Origin: an uncultured Chloroflexia bacterium
Lineage (GTDB): Bacteria > Chloroflexota > Limnocylindria > Limnocylindrales > CSP1-4
Reading direction: 5' to 3'
Length of the DNA: 64,000 bases
NCBI GenBank assembly: GCA_963813335.1
Contig: CAWEYL010000001.1
Coordinates: 1,088,001-1,152,000, forward strand
This document shows, piece after piece, positions 31,406 through 41,139 of this stretch (positions within the stretch are counted from its first letter, which is position 1; each line of letters opens with the position of its first letter). The position numbers and the translations under genes are program-made. A model generated the notes under the pieces. It did no database searches. It had not been told where the DNA came from and was given only the letters and a program-made list of their open reading frames with translations.

Positions 31406-33235
31406 ATGTCGACGACCGGACCGGAACCCGCGCACGGCCACGCGGTGGTCTGCGGCGTCGACCACCTCGGGCTCCGGACGGTCGAGGAGCTGCGCCTCCG
31501 CGACGAGGAGGTCGTGGCCATCGGCCCGACCTCCGACACCGAGGAGTGGCTCGCGGAGCATGGCGTCCGCCTCGTCGTCGGCGACCACCGCCTCACGAAG
31601 GTCCTGCGCGCCGCGGATATCAAGCACGCCCGGGTCATCGTGCTGACCGGCGACGACGACCTCGGCAACCTCAACACCGCCCTCGCCGCCGCCGAGATCA
31701 ACCCGGCCATCCGGGTCGTCATCCGCCTGTTCGACCAGGAGCTCGGCGCCCACATCCCGCAGCTGTTCACCGATGCGGTGGCGCTCTCGTCGTCGGCGCT
31801 GGCGGCACCCGGTTTCGTGTCGGCCGCCATCGACGGCGAATCGGGCAGCCGGTTCCGGCTCGCGGGGCGCCTGATCGCCAGCCGCCATGCCAGCGAGCCG
31901 TCGCGGGGCGGCGTATCGATCCCGATCGCCCGGCTCGCCGCGGACCGGACGGTCGAGCTGCTCCCCGACGCCGGGGTCACCGAGCCCGGCCTGATCCTCA
32001 TCGACGTCGCCGCCCCGGAGGACTCGCAGGAGGCGGTCGAGGAGATGACCGGCGTGCCCACCGGCGGCCCGCTCCGCCGCTTGCGGAACGGCGTCCGCGA
32101 CCGGATGGCCGCACCGGAGCGGCGCCTCGTCAGGTTCGCGGCCATCCTGCTGGCCCTCGCGCTCGCGTCGGCGGTCTTCTTCCAGGTAGAGGCCGGCCTC
32201 GGGCCGCTCGACGCGGTCTCCTATGCCATCACCCTGCTGACCGGCGCGTCGCTCCCGACGAACGTGGATCCCGCCAGCGCCGACGTCCCGCTCCGCGTCT
32301 ACGCCATCTTCCTGAGCCTCATCGGCGCCGCGCTGGTCGCGGTCGTCTACGCCTTCATCACCGACGCGCTGATCCGCTCACGGCTGCTCCAGACGCTCGG
32401 CCGCCGGACCGTGCCGGGCAACATCCACGACCACGTGATCGTGGCCGGCCTCGGCTCGATCGGGTACCGCGTGGCGCTGGGTCTCGTCGCCCGCGGCGTG
32501 CCGGTCGTGGCGGTCGAGGTCAGCGACGAAGGGCGGTTCGTGTCGCCCGCGCGCGCCGCCGGCATCCCCGTGTACACGGGCGACGCGCGCCACGCGTCGG
32601 TGCTGAAGGAGCTCCACCTCGACGCGGCGCGGGCACTCGTGGCGACGACCAGCGACGACCTGGTCAACCTCTCGACCGCGCTCAACGCCCGCGCGCTCCG
32701 ACCAGACCTGCGCGTCGTGGTGCGCCTCTTCGACCCGGAGTTCGCGATGCGCGTCCAGAAGGGCTTCGGGATCCGCTTCACGCGGAGCGTCTCGCACCTC
32801 GCGGCGCCGGCATTCGCGGCGGCAGCGGTCGGGTCGGAGGTGGTCGCCACGGTCCCCGTCGGCGACCGGCGGGTCGTGCTGTTCGCCCGGCTGCGCGTCC
32901 CCGGCGGCTCCGCGCTGGAGGGGCGGCTCGCGCTGTCCATGAACGCCGTCGGGGCGCGTCGCGTCCTCGCGGTGGCCGACCCGGGCTCGGACGAGGCGCG
33001 CTGGGACTTCCCGGCCGACGAGATCCTCGATGCCGGCGAGGAGATCGTGGTCGCGGCCACGCGGGCCGGGCTCGGCGAGCTGCTGCAGCTGGCATCGACC
33101 GCGGCCGGGGCGGCAGCCGACAGCACCCACCGCGAGGCGCCGGCGCCCCGGCCGGAGGCGGTGGACGCGGTCGCCGACGCCACCGACGGCCTGGTCATCG
33201 ACACCACCGACCTGGCGCCAAGCCGCACGGACTGA
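31406..33235 (+). CDS. TrkA-N (RCK) domain potassium channel-family protein
   Basis: Two RCK-N domains (VVCGVDHLG; VIVAGLGSIG) flanking a 2-TM channel segment. Confidence 0.85.
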   Translation: MSTTGPEPAHGHAVVCGVDHLGLRTVEELRLRDEEVVAIGPTSDTEEWLAEHGVRLVVGDHRLTKVLRAADIKHARVIVLTGDDDLGNLNTALAAAEINPAIRVVIRLFDQELGAHIPQLFTDAVALSSSALAAPGFVSAAIDGESGSRFRLAGRLIASRHASEPSRGGVSIPIARLAADRTVELLPDAGVTEPGLILIDVAAPEDSQEAVEEMTGVPTGGPLRRLRNGVRDRMAAPERRLVRFAAILLALALASAVFFQVEAGLGPLDAVSYAITLLTGASLPTNVDPASADVPLRVYAIFLSLIGAALVAVVYAFITDALIRSRLLQTLGRRTVPGNIHDHVIVAGLGSIGYRVALGLVARGVPVVAVEVSDEGRFVSPARAAGIPVYTGDARHASVLKELHLDAARALVATTSDDLVNLSTALNARALRPDLRVVVRLFDPEFAMRVQKGFGIRFTRSVSHLAAPAFAAAAVGSEVVATVPVGDRRVVLFARLRVPGGSALEGRLALSMNAVGARRVLAVADPGSDEARWDFPADEILDAGEEIVVAATRAGLGELLQLASTAAGAAADSTHREAPAPRPEAVDAVADATDGLVIDTTDLAPSRTD

Positions 33236-33242
33236 GCGCGGA

Positions 33243-36200
33243 TCAGGTCGCGATCCGGTCGAGCGCCTCCGACGCCAGCCGTTCTCCGACGCGATGCCGC
33301 TTGGCCCGATAGCGCTCGAGCGCGGCCGCGATGCTCCGGCGGGCCGGATCGATCGAGCCGTGGCGCGTCAGGACATCGGCCTGGGCGAGGTACATGTCGG
33401 CCTGGACCGAGGGGTCGTCGGTGACCAGCGCGATCGTGACGGCCTCCTGGGCGAGCCGTTCGGCTTCCTCGGATGATCCGGCGCCCTCGAGGGCTCGCGC
33501 CCGGGTGGCTCGCCAGAGCGCCTGCGTATAGATGTCATCGTCGGTCGCGATCTCGGCCGAACGACCGGCGAACTCCAGCGCCTCGGCGAGGTTCCCCTGC
33601 TGGCGGAGGGCCTCGGCCAGGTAGGCCGCGGTCGTCGAGATGTAGTTCTGCTCCCCCATCGCGCGCAGGGTGTCGTAATCCGTCCGGAGCTCGCGCACGG
33701 CCGCGTCCGGCTGGCCGGCGAGCAGCTCGATCGGCCCGAGGTTGAGCGAGACGAGGGCGGCATCGAAGTGCCACCCGAGCTCCACGAGCCGCCCACGCGT
33801 CGCCCGGCACAGGTCGCGGGCCTCGTCGAACCGGCCGTCGAAGGCCATGAGGTGCGCCTCGGCACGCTCGGTGAGGGCGCGCACCATGCGGTCGCCGCCG
33901 GCCTGGGCCAGGACCGCCTCGCACCGCTCGATCGCCTCGGGCACGGGCGTCGGGCCATACATCGCCACCCCGGCGAGTGCCGGGAGACCGCGCTGCTCCA
34001 TGAGCTGGTCGTTCGCTCGACGCGCCTCTTCGATCATCAATTCGGCGGCCACGCCGGCGGCGTTCCACTGTCCGTGGGTCAGCTCGACGTTGAAGAGGAG
34101 CCGGTGGCAGCCGGCGAGGGCACGATGGTCCTCCGCGGACGCGAAGACCGGGGTGAGGCGGTCGACGAGCGCGCGTGCGTCCGCGTCGGTCACCCCGTCC
34201 CCGGTGAGGTAGCGCAGGCGCAGTCGCCCGAGCTCGGCGATCCCCGCGGCGACGGGATCGGCGGACCGGAGGGCGTTCGCCTCGGCCTCGTCGTAGAGCG
34301 CGACCGAATCGGGGAACGCCCCGGTCTCCATCCGGGCCTCTGCGGCACGGGCCAGCAGGCGCGGCCGGGTCGAGTCGTCGTCGGGGAGCGCGCGGGCCGC
34401 GCGGCCGAGCAGGTTCGCCGCCGCCGGCATGTCGCCACGACCGAACGCCCGAAGGCCGGCCGGCGCGAGGCGGTCGGCCGCGCGTCGTCCGAGCTGCACG
34501 GCCTCGGCATCCAGGGCACCCAGCCCTGACCGCAGGTGATAGGCCTGCTCGAGGTGGTAGCCGAGGATCTCCTCCATCTCGGTCCGCCGTCCGGTCGAGC
34601 TCGAGAACGACTCGAGCCAGTCGGCGAACCGAAGGTGCAGCACCGAACGGGTCCGCTTGAGCAGCCCGTCGTACACGACGTCGCGCAGCAGGAGGTTTCG
34701 GAACCGATGGTCCGCGAGCAGGTCGGGGTCGCGGGATCGGGCGACCAGCTGACGGCGGATCAGCGCACCGAGCACCGCGTCCGTCTCGACCGGCGTCTCG
34801 AGCAGGGTCTCGACCGCGGTCTTCGAGAAGTCACGGCCGATCACCGACGCCGGCTCCAGGACCTGGCGTTCCTCGCCGCCGAGCGCATCAACGCGGGCCG
34901 CCAGGACCGCTTCGATGGTCGGCGGCACCTGCACGTGCTCGATGTCCGCGGTGACGAGCCACGCGCCGTCGCGCGAGATGAGCAGGCCCTCGTCGACGAG
35001 CATCGTCAGGAACTGCTCGATGAACAGCGGGTTCCCGGCCGCCGCCTGCTTGACCCGGGTCATGAGTGCGGGCGGCAGCGTGGCGTGACCGAGCGCGGCC
35101 GCGACGATCTCGTCGTCGGCACCGTCCTCGAGGGGCCCGAGCTCGAGCACCCCGGGCGTCACGGCCGGGCGGCCGCCGGTCGGGTCGACCGCGGCATCGG
35201 CCTCCGATGGACGCTCCATCGTGACCAGCAGCACCGGGGCGTCGCGGAGGTTCTGGTCGAGGTCGTCCAGCAATTCCACGAGCGTCGGCTCCGCCCAGTG
35301 CAGTCCGTCGATCACCACGACGAGCGGCCGCGCCTCGGCCAGGTGACCGAGGAGCCGGCGGACGGCCCAGACCAGCTCGGGGACCGGGAACTGGCGGTCG
35401 CTGAGCCCGCCGATCGACCACAGCCGCTCGACGGCCGGGTCGCCGGCCGGGAGGAGCGCCGCGATGGCCGCCCGCGCGGTGTCGCCGGCATCGCTCGGGG
35501 AGGAGCCGGACGCCGCCTGGATGAGCTCGACCACGGGCCAGAACGTGATGCCCTCGCCGTAGGAGGGACACGTCCCGCGCAGGACCCAGGCGTTCCCCGG
35601 CAGCCGGTCGATCATCTCGTACACCAGCCGGCTCTTGCCGATCCCGGCCTCGCCGCGGATGGTCAACCGGCGACAGGCCTGGGCCCGGACGGCCTCCTGG
35701 AACCGCTCCTGCATCGCATCGAGCTCGCGGTCGCGGCCCACCAGCGGCAGTTCCAGCCGGGCGCGGGCGCCAGGCCCGGAGACGACCCGAAGGACGCGGG
35801 ACGCGGGGACGGGCTCGGCCTTGCCCTTGAGGGTCAGTGGCGCGAGGGGCTCGAGCACGGCGGCCTCGCCGGCCAGCCGGCCCGTGAGGCTCCCGATCAC
35901 GACCTCGCCAGGTCCGGCGGTCTGCTCGAGGCGGGCCGCGACGTTGACCGCATCGCCCGTCACGAGGCGCTGGCCGAGGCTCGGATCGCCGGCGATGACC
36001 GGTCCAGTGTTGACGCCGATCCGCAGACCGAGCTGGACCCCGAACTCGTGCTCGACCACCGGCGCGACGCGCTCGAGGGCCGCCTGCATGTCCAGCGCGG
36101 CGCGGACCGCCCGGAGCGCGTCGTCCTCGTGTCGCTGCGCCAGCCCGAAGACGGCCATGATGGCGTCCCCGATGTATTTCTCGACGATCCCGCCGTGGTG

Positions 36201-37118
36201 CTCGAGGACGCCACGCAGCTCCTCGAAGGCGCGGACGGTGGCCGCGCGGCGCGCCTCGGCGTCGTCGCCCGCCGTCGAGCGTGACGACAGGTCCGCAAAG
36301 ACGATCGTCAGCGTCCGCCGGCTCGCCTGACGAGGGCCGCGACTCGCGACGGGGTCGCCGCACTGCGGGCACCACGTCCACGGCGGGTCGGCGTCGACCT
36401 CGACCGTGGTCCCGCACGACGCGCACCGGCCCGCGCCCGGCCCGTCGCCGCGATCGGGGACGGGCGTCAGCGTGGCCACGCCGACGAGCCGGGCGGCGGA
36501 CGTCGTCGAGCCGTTCTTGAGCGTGACCGTGGCCAGCGGCTCCGTGACGGCCGCCGACCCGACATCCGCGACGGTCGACGCGGCGAGCAACGCCTCGAGC
36601 GGTGGGGCCACGGGCTCGAGCGCGGAGGCGAGCTCGAGAGCGCTGCCGGCCATGACGCGATGCCCGCCGCCGGCTTCGGCGAACACGACGTCGCCCGTGC
36701 TGACGCCGGTGCGATTGGTCAGCCGGACGCCCCAGGTCCGTTCGATCCGGTCGTTCAGGTTGGCCAGCGTCGCCTGGCACTCGGCGACCGCCTCGACGGC
36801 GCGAAGCGCATCCGTCGCGTCGGCGACGGGCAGCCCGAACACGGTCACCATGGCGTCGCCGATCCGCTTCTCGATCCGGCCGCCGTGCGACTCGAGGACC
36901 CGGCCGAGCTCGTCGAAGTACTGGTCGAGGACATCGCGGAGCGACTCGGGATCGAGACGCTCCGCCAGGGCCGTGGACCCTTGCAGATCGGAGACGACCA
37001 CCGTCACCCGGTGGGCGCTCTCGGACGCGCCGCCGTGGAGGCTGGTACCGCACCCGGTGCAATACCTCCACGGCGGCTGGACATCGTTCCTACAGGACGG
37101 GCAGGTCACCCGCTCCAC
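33243..37118 (-). CDS. Class III nucleotidyl cyclase: (zinc ribbon-cyclase)x2, STAND AAA, TPR
   Basis: CPSC..CTGC; SDLQGST/IGDAM; CASC..CPQC; FADL/KYIGDA/GDAVNVAARL; LVGRDREL, GEAGIGKS, GNPLF; TPR-like tail. Confidence 0.9.
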   Translation of the reverse strand: MERVTCPSCRNDVQPPWRYCTGCGTSLHGGASESAHRVTVVVSDLQGSTALAERLDPESLRDVLDQYFDELGRVLESHGGRIEKRIGDAMVTVFGLPVADATDALRAVEAVAECQATLANLNDRIERTWGVRLTNRTGVSTGDVVFAEAGGGHRVMAGSALELASALEPVAPPLEALLAASTVADVGSAAVTEPLATVTLKNGSTTSAARLVGVATLTPVPDRGDGPGAGRCASCGTTVEVDADPPWTWCPQCGDPVASRGPRQASRRTLTIVFADLSSRSTAGDDAEARRAATVRAFEELRGVLEHHGGIVEKYIGDAIMAVFGLAQRHEDDALRAVRAALDMQAALERVAPVVEHEFGVQLGLRIGVNTGPVIAGDPSLGQRLVTGDAVNVAARLEQTAGPGEVVIGSLTGRLAGEAAVLEPLAPLTLKGKAEPVPASRVLRVVSGPGARARLELPLVGRDRELDAMQERFQEAVRAQACRRLTIRGEAGIGKSRLVYEMIDRLPGNAWVLRGTCPSYGEGITFWPVVELIQAASGSSPSDAGDTARAAIAALLPAGDPAVERLWSIGGLSDRQFPVPELVWAVRRLLGHLAEARPLVVVIDGLHWAEPTLVELLDDLDQNLRDAPVLLVTMERPSEADAAVDPTGGRPAVTPGVLELGPLEDGADDEIVAAALGHATLPPALMTRVKQAAAGNPLFIEQFLTMLVDEGLLISRDGAWLVTADIEHVQVPPTIEAVLAARVDALGGEERQVLEPASVIGRDFSKTAVETLLETPVETDAVLGALIRRQLVARSRDPDLLADHRFRNLLLRDVVYDGLLKRTRSVLHLRFADWLESFSSSTGRRTEMEEILGYHLEQAYHLRSGLGALDAEAVQLGRRAADRLAPAGLRAFGRGDMPAAANLLGRAARALPDDDSTRPRLLARAAEARMETGAFPDSVALYDEAEANALRSADPVAAGIAELGRLRLRYLTGDGVTDADARALVDRLTPVFASAEDHRALAGCHRLLFNVELTHGQWNAAGVAAELMIEEARRANDQLMEQRGLPALAGVAMYGPTPVPEAIERCEAVLAQAGGDRMVRALTERAEAHLMAFDGRFDEARDLCRATRGRLVELGWHFDAALVSLNLGPIELLAGQPDAAVRELRTDYDTLRAMGEQNYISTTAAYLAEALRQQGNLAEALEFAGRSAEIATDDDIYTQALWRATRARALEGAGSSEEAERLAQEAVTIALVTDDPSVQADMYLAQADVLTRHGSIDPARRSIAAALERYRAKRHRVGERLASEALDRIAT

Positions 37119-37156
37119 ATGGCTACCCCTCGCCGCTCAACGGCTCGGGCTCGGTG

Positions 37157-38635
37157 TCACTTCCAGACCGGGTCGGCGGCCGGCACCTTCCCGACGAATG
37201 TCACCTTTCCATCGGCAAACGTCGGCAGCCCGACGAGGCACGGCGCGACGTCGTTCACGAGCGAGCACTGCGGCAGCAGACCGCGGTATTCGTCCTGCGA
37301 GAGGTCGCCGATGACGCGGGCCCCGACCGGCACGACCTCCGCGGGGCTCGTCACCGACCCGCCCGACAGCGCCTTGAGGAGCGCGTCGAAGTTCGTCTGC
37401 GCGTCCGAGGAGTACGTGATGGCCGCGAACTGATCGCGGGACTGGAAGCAGACCTGGTAGCGCCACTCCTCGCCGGCTCCGCTCGGCATGCCCGCCGGAA
37501 TGGGCTTGGTCACGATGACGGTCTTGGTGAGGCCGGCCAGGGAGCCCTGGAGAAGCTGGACGTCGAAGAACAGTCGGTCGCCGAACTCGGTATAGCCCTG
37601 GCAGTCGATGTCGTTCGTGACGAACCTGGCGGTCAGCGTGGCCTTCAGGCTGTCGTTGTCATCGACGGTCACGTTTCCGGTCGTTCCGTCGCTGGGACCC
37701 GGGAAGGTCCCGGTCGTGCAGACCGCGTTGTCGATGTCGCACGTCGTCGTGACGCCGAACTCGACGGTGAACGGGTCGGACGTCGCACTCGTCAGGCCCG
37801 TAGACGACGCGACGAACCGGTACGTGTCTGCTGCCGAGATCGAGACGTCGCCGAACGTCGCCTCGCCGGCGACGGCGGCCTTCGAGGTGGTGCCGCTCAC
37901 AGCCGTGGCCGGAGACGACACGATCGAGATGCTGCCCGAGAACCAGGTCACGGTGGCCGGCGAGGCCCCACCGCTCTGGACGACCACCGTGAAGCCCGGA
38001 GCCGACTGGTTGTACGCGACGCTCGTGATGGTACCGCCTGGGATGGCGTTCTTCGGCTGGGTGGTGAAGGCGAGCGAGCAACCCGACGCGACCGTGGTCT
38101 TCGCTGGCGTTGGGTCTTTCTTGATGGCCGGGATGATGTTGCCGGTACCGTTGAAGTCATTCGACTGTCGCACGTCCGTCTTCCAGACGTAGACGACGCC
38201 GTTCGCGCTGCACGGGATCCTGACGTTGATCGTGATGGTATAGGTCGTGTTGCGTGCCACGTTGGCACTGAGGATCTCGATATAGGGCGTCGCCTTGCCG
38301 AGCGTGCCATTCGGCAAGGCATACGGGGTGATGGTGCCGGCCGCAGTCGACGGCGTCTTCGCGACCGAGATGATGTCGTTGACGTTCATCGAGGCCGGGA
38401 TGAAGACGCGGATGCCGTTGGCCTTGATATTGCCGCTGGTCGACACGTTCTTGATCGAGATGTCGATGGCGGCGGTGGTTCCGCCGTCGACCGACGCGGT
38501 CGCGCCGGGATCGTGCGCCTTCACCCCGTCGTGGTCGTCGCCCGCCTGCGTGACGACGGGGAGCGCCCCGGCCACCACGGCCAGGAGTCCCACGGTGATC
38601 AAGAGTCTCCATCCCAAACGGCCACCCGTACCCAT
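37157..38635 (-). CDS. Secreted Ig-like beta-sandwich protein
   Basis: Signal peptide, LAFTTQP..GEATFGDVSI segment, paired Cys; GGAGGG RBS. Confidence 0.7.
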   Translation of the reverse strand: MGTGGRLGWRLLITVGLLAVVAGALPVVTQAGDDHDGVKAHDPGATASVDGGTTAAIDISIKNVSTSGNIKANGIRVFIPASMNVNDIISVAKTPSTAAGTITPYALPNGTLGKATPYIEILSANVARNTTYTITINVRIPCSANGVVYVWKTDVRQSNDFNGTGNIIPAIKKDPTPAKTTVASGCSLAFTTQPKNAIPGGTITSVAYNQSAPGFTVVVQSGGASPATVTWFSGSISIVSSPATAVSGTTSKAAVAGEATFGDVSISAADTYRFVASSTGLTSATSDPFTVEFGVTTTCDIDNAVCTTGTFPGPSDGTTGNVTVDDNDSLKATLTARFVTNDIDCQGYTEFGDRLFFDVQLLQGSLAGLTKTVIVTKPIPAGMPSGAGEEWRYQVCFQSRDQFAAITYSSDAQTNFDALLKALSGGSVTSPAEVVPVGARVIGDLSQDEYRGLLPQCSLVNDVAPCLVGLPTFADGKVTFVGKVPAADPVWK

Positions 38636-38755
38636 GACGAACCCTCCAATGTTCCGGGAGAGGCGGCGACCATCCTCACGCGCGCCGGACGCGGAATGTA
38701 GCACGGGACCATCGGCCCCCACTGATGCCCCCGTCGTACCAGTCAGGCGGTCGAC

Positions 38756-41089
38756 CTAGCTCGTCGCGGAGACCGCCGCGTCGACGGCGCCCGCCGCCTC
38801 GGTCTCGTCCTCGAATTCGCCCTCGATGGTCACCCGCGGAAGCCAGCCCAGCCAGCGCGGCAGCCACCAGTTCCAGTCGCCGAGCAGGCGCATCGTGGCC
38901 GGCAGCAGGATGCTCCGCACCACGGTGGCGTCGAGGAGGACGGCGACCGCGAGCCCGAACCCGAGCTGCTTGATGATCGTCAGCTCCAGGGTCACGAACA
39001 CCGAGAAGACCACGATCATGATCGCGGCGGCCGAGGTGATGGTCCCGGCCGTGATCGAGATGCCGCGGGCGACCGCCTCGTTGGACGACATCCCGTGGTC
39101 GAGGGCCTCCTTGATCCGGGTGAGGATGAAGACGTGGTAGTCCATCGAGAGCCCGAACAGGATCGTGAAGATGAAGACCGGCACGAACGCCTCGATCGGG
39201 CCGGGCTTGAAGCCGAGGAGGTTGCCGAGGTTGCCGTCCTCGAAGACGAGCACGAGCAGGCCGAAGGCCGCGGCGGTCGAGAGCAGGTTGAGCAGGATCG
39301 CCTTGATCGGGATGACCAGCGAGCGGAACGCCACGAGCAGCAGCAGGAACGACAGGAACAGCACGAAGCCGATCACCATCGGCATCCCGTCCGAGTAGAA
39401 GCCGACGACGTCGTAGGTGTAGGCGACGTCGCCCGACACCAGGGCCTGCACGCCGGGCAGGCTCCCGAAGGCGGCCGGCACGACGTCGCGGCGCACCTCG
39501 CGAACGATCTGGCGGTTGCGCTCGTCGTTGGAGCCGCCGGACATGATGAACGAGACCATCGCCGCGTGGCCGTCGGCGGACGGGAACGTCTTGGGCGGGC
39601 CGGAGACACCGGGCACGGCCAGGACCCTGGTCTTGAGGTCGGCGATCGCGGCCTGCGTCGCGGCTTCGTCGGCCTTCGTGACCACGATGTCGAGGGTCAG
39701 CGTGGTGCCGGTCGGCCACTTGTCGTTGAGGATGTTCAGCGCCTGGACGCCGTCGATCGAGTCGGGGAAGGACGTGAAGTCGGCCTGGCCGAGGCGGAGT
39801 CGCAGCGCGGGTGACGCGAGGGCCAGCAGGAAGACCGCGGCAAGGACCGCGGCCGGGAGCGGATGGCGCATCACCGTGCGCACGATGACCGCCCACAGGC
39901 CACTCCCCTCCTCCCGGTCGCGGCCCAGGATCGGCAACCGCAAGCGGTTCAGCCCGTCACCCAGGATGGCGAAGGTGGCCGGCAGGAACGTCAGCGAGCC
40001 GATGACCGCGATGAGCACGACGCTGATCGTCCCGACGGCCATCGAGCGGAAGAGCGGGTCGTCGAGGAGGAACAGGCCGCCGATCGAGACCATGACGGCG
40101 AGCCCGGAGAAGAAGACGGCCCGTCCGGCGGTCGCCGACGCGACGTCGATCGATGCGATCTTGGAGCGGCCGTGCCGCCGTTCCGTGCGGAAGCGGGTGA
40201 CCATGAACAGCGAGTAGTCGACGGCGACGGCGAGGCCGATCAGCACGATCAGCTGGCCGGCGTACGGGCTGGCCGGCGCCACGAAGCGGCTGTACAGGGC
40301 CAGCACCCCGAACGCCGCGAGGAGCGAGCTGACCGCCATCACCAGCGGCACGACCGCGGCCACGACGGCCCCGAACGCGATCAGCAGGATCAGGAACGTG
40401 AGCGGGAGCGTGAGCCGCAGCGACGAGTCGAGGCCGCCGTTGACCAGCTTCTGGATCTCGTCGTTGGCGAGGTGGTTGTTGAGCGAGTGGATCGTGAGAC
40501 CGGGGTGGGCGGCCCGCATCTCGGCCACGAAGGCGGGGACCGGCTCCACTCGTGCCCCGAGGGCGTCGCCCTCGCCGACGACCCGCGAAGGGATGCGCAC
40601 GGTCGTGCGGTCCGGCGAGACGAGTTCGGCGGCGGCCGGGGCGGTGAGCGGATCGACCAGCTGGTCGACGGTCGGGACGGTGCTGCCGTCGACCTGCGAC
40701 TGCAGCGCGCCGAGGCGCGTCACGACGTCGGTGATGGCGGCGGCCGTGGCCGGATCGTCGACGGTCCCGTCCCTCGCCCCGACGACGAGGAGCAGCTGCT
40801 GGCTCGGCGTCTCGGCGGCGCCGGTGCCCGAACCGAACACCTCGTAGGCCTTGGCGGATTCGAACCTCGCCGACTGGTTGTTGGAGACCGCGGCCGCGGA
40901 ATCCGTCCCGCCGGCCGCCAGGCTCAGCGCGAAGATCCCGAAGGTGAACACGAACCACAGCACGAAGACCGGCCAGCGATGGCGGGCGCTCCAGCCCGCG
41001 ACGCGGACCGTCCAGGGCGGCCGGACGACGGCCCGGGCCGGGGCGTCAGGCGTCGGGGCGTCTGGTGCGGGGGCGGTCGGATCTGACAC
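38756..41089 (-). CDS. MMPL family transporter
   Basis: GLAVAVDYSLF..RFR, TAGRAVFFSG, FGLSMDYHVF, LLPATMRLLGDWNWWLP. Confidence 0.94.
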   Translation of the reverse strand: MSDPTAPAPDAPTPDAPARAVVRPPWTVRVAGWSARHRWPVFVLWFVFTFGIFALSLAAGGTDSAAAVSNNQSARFESAKAYEVFGSGTGAAETPSQQLLLVVGARDGTVDDPATAAAITDVVTRLGALQSQVDGSTVPTVDQLVDPLTAPAAAELVSPDRTTVRIPSRVVGEGDALGARVEPVPAFVAEMRAAHPGLTIHSLNNHLANDEIQKLVNGGLDSSLRLTLPLTFLILLIAFGAVVAAVVPLVMAVSSLLAAFGVLALYSRFVAPASPYAGQLIVLIGLAVAVDYSLFMVTRFRTERRHGRSKIASIDVASATAGRAVFFSGLAVMVSIGGLFLLDDPLFRSMAVGTISVVLIAVIGSLTFLPATFAILGDGLNRLRLPILGRDREEGSGLWAVIVRTVMRHPLPAAVLAAVFLLALASPALRLRLGQADFTSFPDSIDGVQALNILNDKWPTGTTLTLDIVVTKADEAATQAAIADLKTRVLAVPGVSGPPKTFPSADGHAAMVSFIMSGGSNDERNRQIVREVRRDVVPAAFGSLPGVQALVSGDVAYTYDVVGFYSDGMPMVIGFVLFLSFLLLLVAFRSLVIPIKAILLNLLSTAAAFGLLVLVFEDGNLGNLLGFKPGPIEAFVPVFIFTILFGLSMDYHVFILTRIKEALDHGMSSNEAVARGISITAGTITSAAAIMIVVFSVFVTLELTIIKQLGFGLAVAVLLDATVVRSILLPATMRLLGDWNWWLPRWLGWLPRVTIEGEFEDETEAAGAVDAAVSATS

Positions 41090-41139
41090 GGAACGGGTAG
41101 CCTACCGCGCCATTCCGATCCGGGCGAGCGGCGCCGCGA

